From an uncultured delta proteobacterium (GTDB lineage: Bacteria; Myxococcota_A; Polyangia; Fen-1088), in the NCBI GenBank assembly GCA_963796685.1, contig CAWCMR010000022.1, positions 64,001 through 128,000 of the forward strand: DNA of 64,000 nt, given 5' to 3'. Below the pieces are notes generated by a model, which worked only from the letters and a program-made list of their open reading frames with translations, made no database searches and was not told where the DNA came from. Position 1 is the stretch's first letter. Each line of letters starts with the position of its first letter. A program made the position numbers and the translations under genes. This document shows, in pieces, positions 63,912 to 64,000 of this stretch.

Positions 63912-64000
63912 TCAGCCGAGGGTAGACCCTGTCCGCACATCGCAAACGTCGCGGGGCACGGACTTCACTCAACGAACAGGAAAAGAGGCGAGACAGCAAT

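Overview
GC-rich bacterial DNA that looks like Myxococcota/Polyangia (Gly/Asp-rich lipoprotein linkers, myxobacterial Cys-rich repeats, TPR protein plus Cys-rich lipoprotein pairs). It has three blocks. (1) 2998-13597: a tightly coupled, uncharacterised 7-gene operon with two signal-less OmpA/peptidoglycan-binding proteins carrying transthyretin-like repeats, an M14 Zn-carboxypeptidase and a His/Cys (caspase-fold-like) protein, each enzyme followed by a secreted protein. Its last two genes both switch +1 frame at the same 11-mer, GATTCTCATCA. (2) 13776-31900: surface lipoproteins (Cys-rich, Kelch, FG-GAP, beta-helix, GH54), a truncated B12 radical SAM gene and a Phd-VapC toxin-antitoxin pair. 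(3) 31954-64000: a general-stress island (cyclic beta-1,2-glucan synthase, pirin, groESL, Omp85, YtxH/holin/AI-2E, OmpA, DUF4398, ice-binding protein, WcaJ, C39 peptidase with a Gly-Gly precursor, glucan phosphorylase, PRC barrel, IS701-disrupted UPF0182). Six promoters in this island share one architecture: a sigma54 -24/-12 box, an IHF-like box, and a pair of CNWTCA-N3-YGANN enhancer sites 22 bp apart, 62-65 bp upstream. No activator gene is in the window. All calls come from reading motifs by eye; no database searches were run.
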